64,000 nucleotides of DNA from Candidatus Marinacidobacterales bacterium (GTDB lineage Bacteria; Acidobacteriota; Vicinamibacteria; Marinacidobacterales; SMYC01). The position numbers and the translations under genes were made by a program. The notes beneath the pieces were generated by a model. The model did no database searches. It was given only the letters and a program-made list of their open reading frames with translations, and was not told the origin of the DNA. The DNA is taken from positions 1,312,001 through 1,376,000 of the forward strand of contig CBDCYI010000011.1 in assembly GCA_965224085.1 (NCBI GenBank), read 5' to 3'. Positions 61,887 through 64,000 of this stretch are shown piece by piece; within the stretch, counting starts at the first letter, position 1; each line of letters begins with the position of its first letter.

Positions 61887-62069
61887 GGTCCGCGAAGAAT
61901 AAGTTTGCGTTTTCCGGCGCCGAGGCGCCCGCGTGGCGAGGCGCCACCTTCGAAGGCGCACAACCAGGCACTCATCGCATCAGCGCTCGAAAAAGCTTGA
62001 ACACCGCTGGCGCTCGTGCTTCAGCACGCGCTTCATCACGAGAACCGAGCTACTGCTTTTTTGGGCCAC
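61883..62069 (-). pseudogene. SRPBCC/Aha1 domain remnant
   Basis: VLVMKRVLKHERQR, frameshift, then AFSSADAMSAWL; truncated; immediately downstream of the ArsR gene. Confidence 0.6.
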
Positions 62070-62397
62070 CTTTGCCTCCGGATCGTCGATCCAGGTAGCG
62101 CTCCAGCGCGTCGAGCTTCTCCCGCCAGAAGTCGCGATATTCGTCGATGGTCCTCGACGCGCGGTCGAGCGGGCGGACGTCGAGCCGGCAACGTTGCGTA
62201 CGTCCGTCGCGCGTCTTTGTCACCACGCCGGCATCTTCGAGGACTTTTACGTGCTTCGAGACCGCCGCGAAGCTCAAGTCATACGGCTTCGCGAACTCCG
62301 TAACCGTGTAGGATGAAACTTTCGCGAGACGCTTCACCATCGAGCGGCGGGTCTCGTCTGCGAGGGCATGAAAGACGCGATCCAAGCTCACCGACAT
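62050..62397 (-). CDS. ArsR/SmtB family transcriptional regulator
   Basis: VFHALADETRR; AVSKHVKVLEDAG; FWREKLDALE. Confidence 0.92.
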   Translation of the reverse strand: MSVSLDRVFHALADETRRSMVKRLAKVSSYTVTEFAKPYDLSFAAVSKHVKVLEDAGVVTKTRDGRTQRCRLDVRPLDRASRTIDEYRDFWREKLDALERYLDRRSGGKGGPKKQ

Positions 62398-62401
62398 AAT
62401 A

Positions 62402-62458
62402 AACCAGTCGGTTGAATATTAGCGGTACGGATTAAGAAACTGTCAACCCAACGGTTGA
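62402..62458. promoter_or_regulatory. Two AACC-N4-GGTT palindromes (probable ArsR auto-operators) overlapping a TTGACA -35
   Basis: AACCAGTCGGTT at 62402-62413; TCAACCCAACGGTTGA at 62443-62458; TTGACA on the minus strand at 62446-62441. Confidence 0.7.
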
Positions 62459-62470
62459 ATATCGTTCGGG

Positions 62471-62857
62471 CTACTGGAACAACGGGAAAGCCACGTTGTC
62501 CGGCTCTGGGGTGTAGACTTTGATCGAAGGCGTCGTGAGCGGCATGAAGATCACGGCACCCACGTCGAGCTGACGGGCAGCATAGGCGACCACTCGCGCG
62601 TGATTGCCTGCGCTCGCCGCAACCACGCCCTTTTTGAGCTCGTCCTCCGATAGATGCGCCGTCTTGTTGTAAGCGCCACGGACTTTGAAGCTGAAAACGG
62701 GTTGCAAGTCTTCGCGCTTGAGAAGAATTTCATTGCTTGGCCGGCGCGAAAGCTTCGCGGCCGGCTCGAGCGGCGTCTCTCGCGCGACATCGTAAACGCG
62801 ACTCGTCAGGATCGCTCGGAAGAGATCATCGATGGTTTTTTTTCGCTTTTCGGTCAT
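62471..62857 (-). pseudogene. ilvA: Threonine dehydratase IlvA with in-frame internal deletion
   Basis: [34 protein letters not shown], then directly [14 protein letters not shown], which resembles the IlvA C-terminus. Confidence 0.8.
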
Positions 62858-63021
62858 GAATGGAACCATTGTAAGTGTCTTCCGATCAATTTTCCGGCCC
62901 CGAGCTGGCACGCGCTACAGCACATCCAGAAGGAGACGCCGATGGGAAGCACACGCCACAGGTACGCACTCGCTTTCTCGCCATGGATCGAACATGGTAG
63001 GTCTGTAACGGAGGAGAGATC

Positions 63022-63402
63022 ATGGCTGGTGAGATCGAGCTTGCAACGGGTGTCGTGCTTTTGAGCTTCGGGCTGTCCTTCGTTTTGAACCCCGGCTACT
63101 GGGCCACGGCATTCCGGAAGATGTTCACCACGCCCGAGAACACGTTCACTATGTTCCTCGTGCTACTCGTGCTCGGCATCGTTGTCGTACGGAGCCACAA
63201 CCTCTGGGTGGGCGACTGGCGCGTCATCGTCACCATTACCGGCTGGGGTCTGCTCTTGAAAAGCATCGTGGTACTGCTCGTGCCGAGCACCATTGACCGC
63301 TACGCGAAGTGGACCGACGGGATGATGGGCGCGTGGGTTCGCTTTGGCGGAGCGGTGTGGCTCGTCGCGGGAGCCACGGTGACCGTTCTCAGCTGGCCGT
63401 GA
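63022..63402 (+). CDS. Small four-TM membrane protein
   Basis: Good SD (GGAG); HNLWVGDWRVIVTITGW; hydrophobic. Confidence 0.7.
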   Translation: MAGEIELATGVVLLSFGLSFVLNPGYWATAFRKMFTTPENTFTMFLVLLVLGIVVVRSHNLWVGDWRVIVTITGWGLLLKSIVVLLVPSTIDRYAKWTDGMMGAWVRFGGAVWLVAGATVTVLSWP

Positions 63403-63415
63403 CGCGTTGCCGCCC

Positions 63416-63442
63416 GGCCCGGACGCTTCGAGCGTCCGGGCC
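63416..63442. terminator. Hairpin between convergent genes
   Basis: GGCCCGGACGCT-TCG-AGCGTCCGGGCC perfect 12-bp stem. Confidence 0.65.
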
Positions 63443-63460
63443 AACGTTCAAAAAGGGTTT

Positions 63461-64000
63461 CTAGTCTTCCGTGGTAGGCCAGACTACGCCCTGATTTTTC
63501 TCGTCCACCGGTCCGAGGCCTTTGTACACGAACTTCTGCACGCGCTTGCCTTCGTAGGTCTCCACTGTATAGATGTTGCCCTTCGAATCCGTGGCGACGT
63601 TGTGCACGGCGAAGAACTGCCCAGGCTGACGTCCGCCATCACCGAAGCTCGTGAGGATCTCGAGCGATTCGCGCTCCATGATATAGACCTTCATGTTCTT
63701 GCCATCGGCGACAAAGATGTACTTCTGCTCGGGGTCTTTGGAAAAGGCGACATCCCACACGGCGCCGTCGCCGAGGGTGTTCTTCGCGATGCGTTTTTCT
63801 TTCACAAAGGTTCCGTCGAGGTTGAAGACCTGAATCCGGTCGTTCGGTCGGTCGCAGACGTAGACGAGACCATCATGCGACGGCTCCGCGCAGTGCACGG
63901 GATTCCGGAACTGCTTCGCGAGCGGCGCGTCGGGGTTGTAGCGGCCCAGGTCCTCGTCGCTCGGCTCCTTGCCATAGGCGCCCCAGTAGCGTTTGAACTC
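63461..64000 (-). CDS. NHL-repeat protein (5' end outside the window)
   Basis: GLVYVCDRPNDRIQVF; GRQPGQF...HNVATDSKGNIY. Confidence 0.85.
   Translation of the reverse strand, partial: EFKRYWGAYGKEPSDEDLGRYNPDAPLAKQFRNPVHCAEPSHDGLVYVCDRPNDRIQVFNLDGTFVKEKRIAKNTLGDGAVWDVAFSKDPEQKYIFVADGKNMKVYIMERESLEILTSFGDGGRQPGQFFAVHNVATDSKGNIYTVETYEGKRVQKFVYKGLGPVDEKNQGVVWPTTED

Noticed and set aside
1-64000. CRISPR array, rRNA, intact transposase, prophage or anti-phage defence operon
   Set aside because: No regularly spaced repeats or matching proteins were seen; the only toxin-antitoxin system is a conventional VapBC.

Overview
GC-rich bacterial chromosome segment. The gene content (ADOP-type permease remnant, FG-GAP/ASPIC protein, multi-domain LptC/OstA) suggests Acidobacteriota (inference). 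The backbone is housekeeping: guaA-dnaE, accA-lptC/A-lptB-rpoN-hpf-rapZ-PTS EIIA/HPr/EI, tsaB-rimI-psd-pssA, mutS, sppA, glgB/GH57/malQ, TctABC, apt/acyP/fabF/ACP, a VapBC pair, and tRNA-Arg(CCT) followed by a decayed island. Main highlights: (1) The predicted ORFs 2462-4141 and 1370-2440 are one reading frame interrupted by a single UGA that is followed by a bacterial SECIS-like hairpin. This points to a candidate ~923-aa secreted FG-GAP/ASPIC-UnbV/TlpA selenoprotein. (2) An unannotated promoter, ~250-nt structured leader, 17-aa micro-ORF (MKVRTRIQAGVRWMVHD) and hairpin form a unit at the left edge. (3) At least four genes keep both termini but have lost their middle. All calls come from reading the sequence and from remembered family motifs; no database searches were run.
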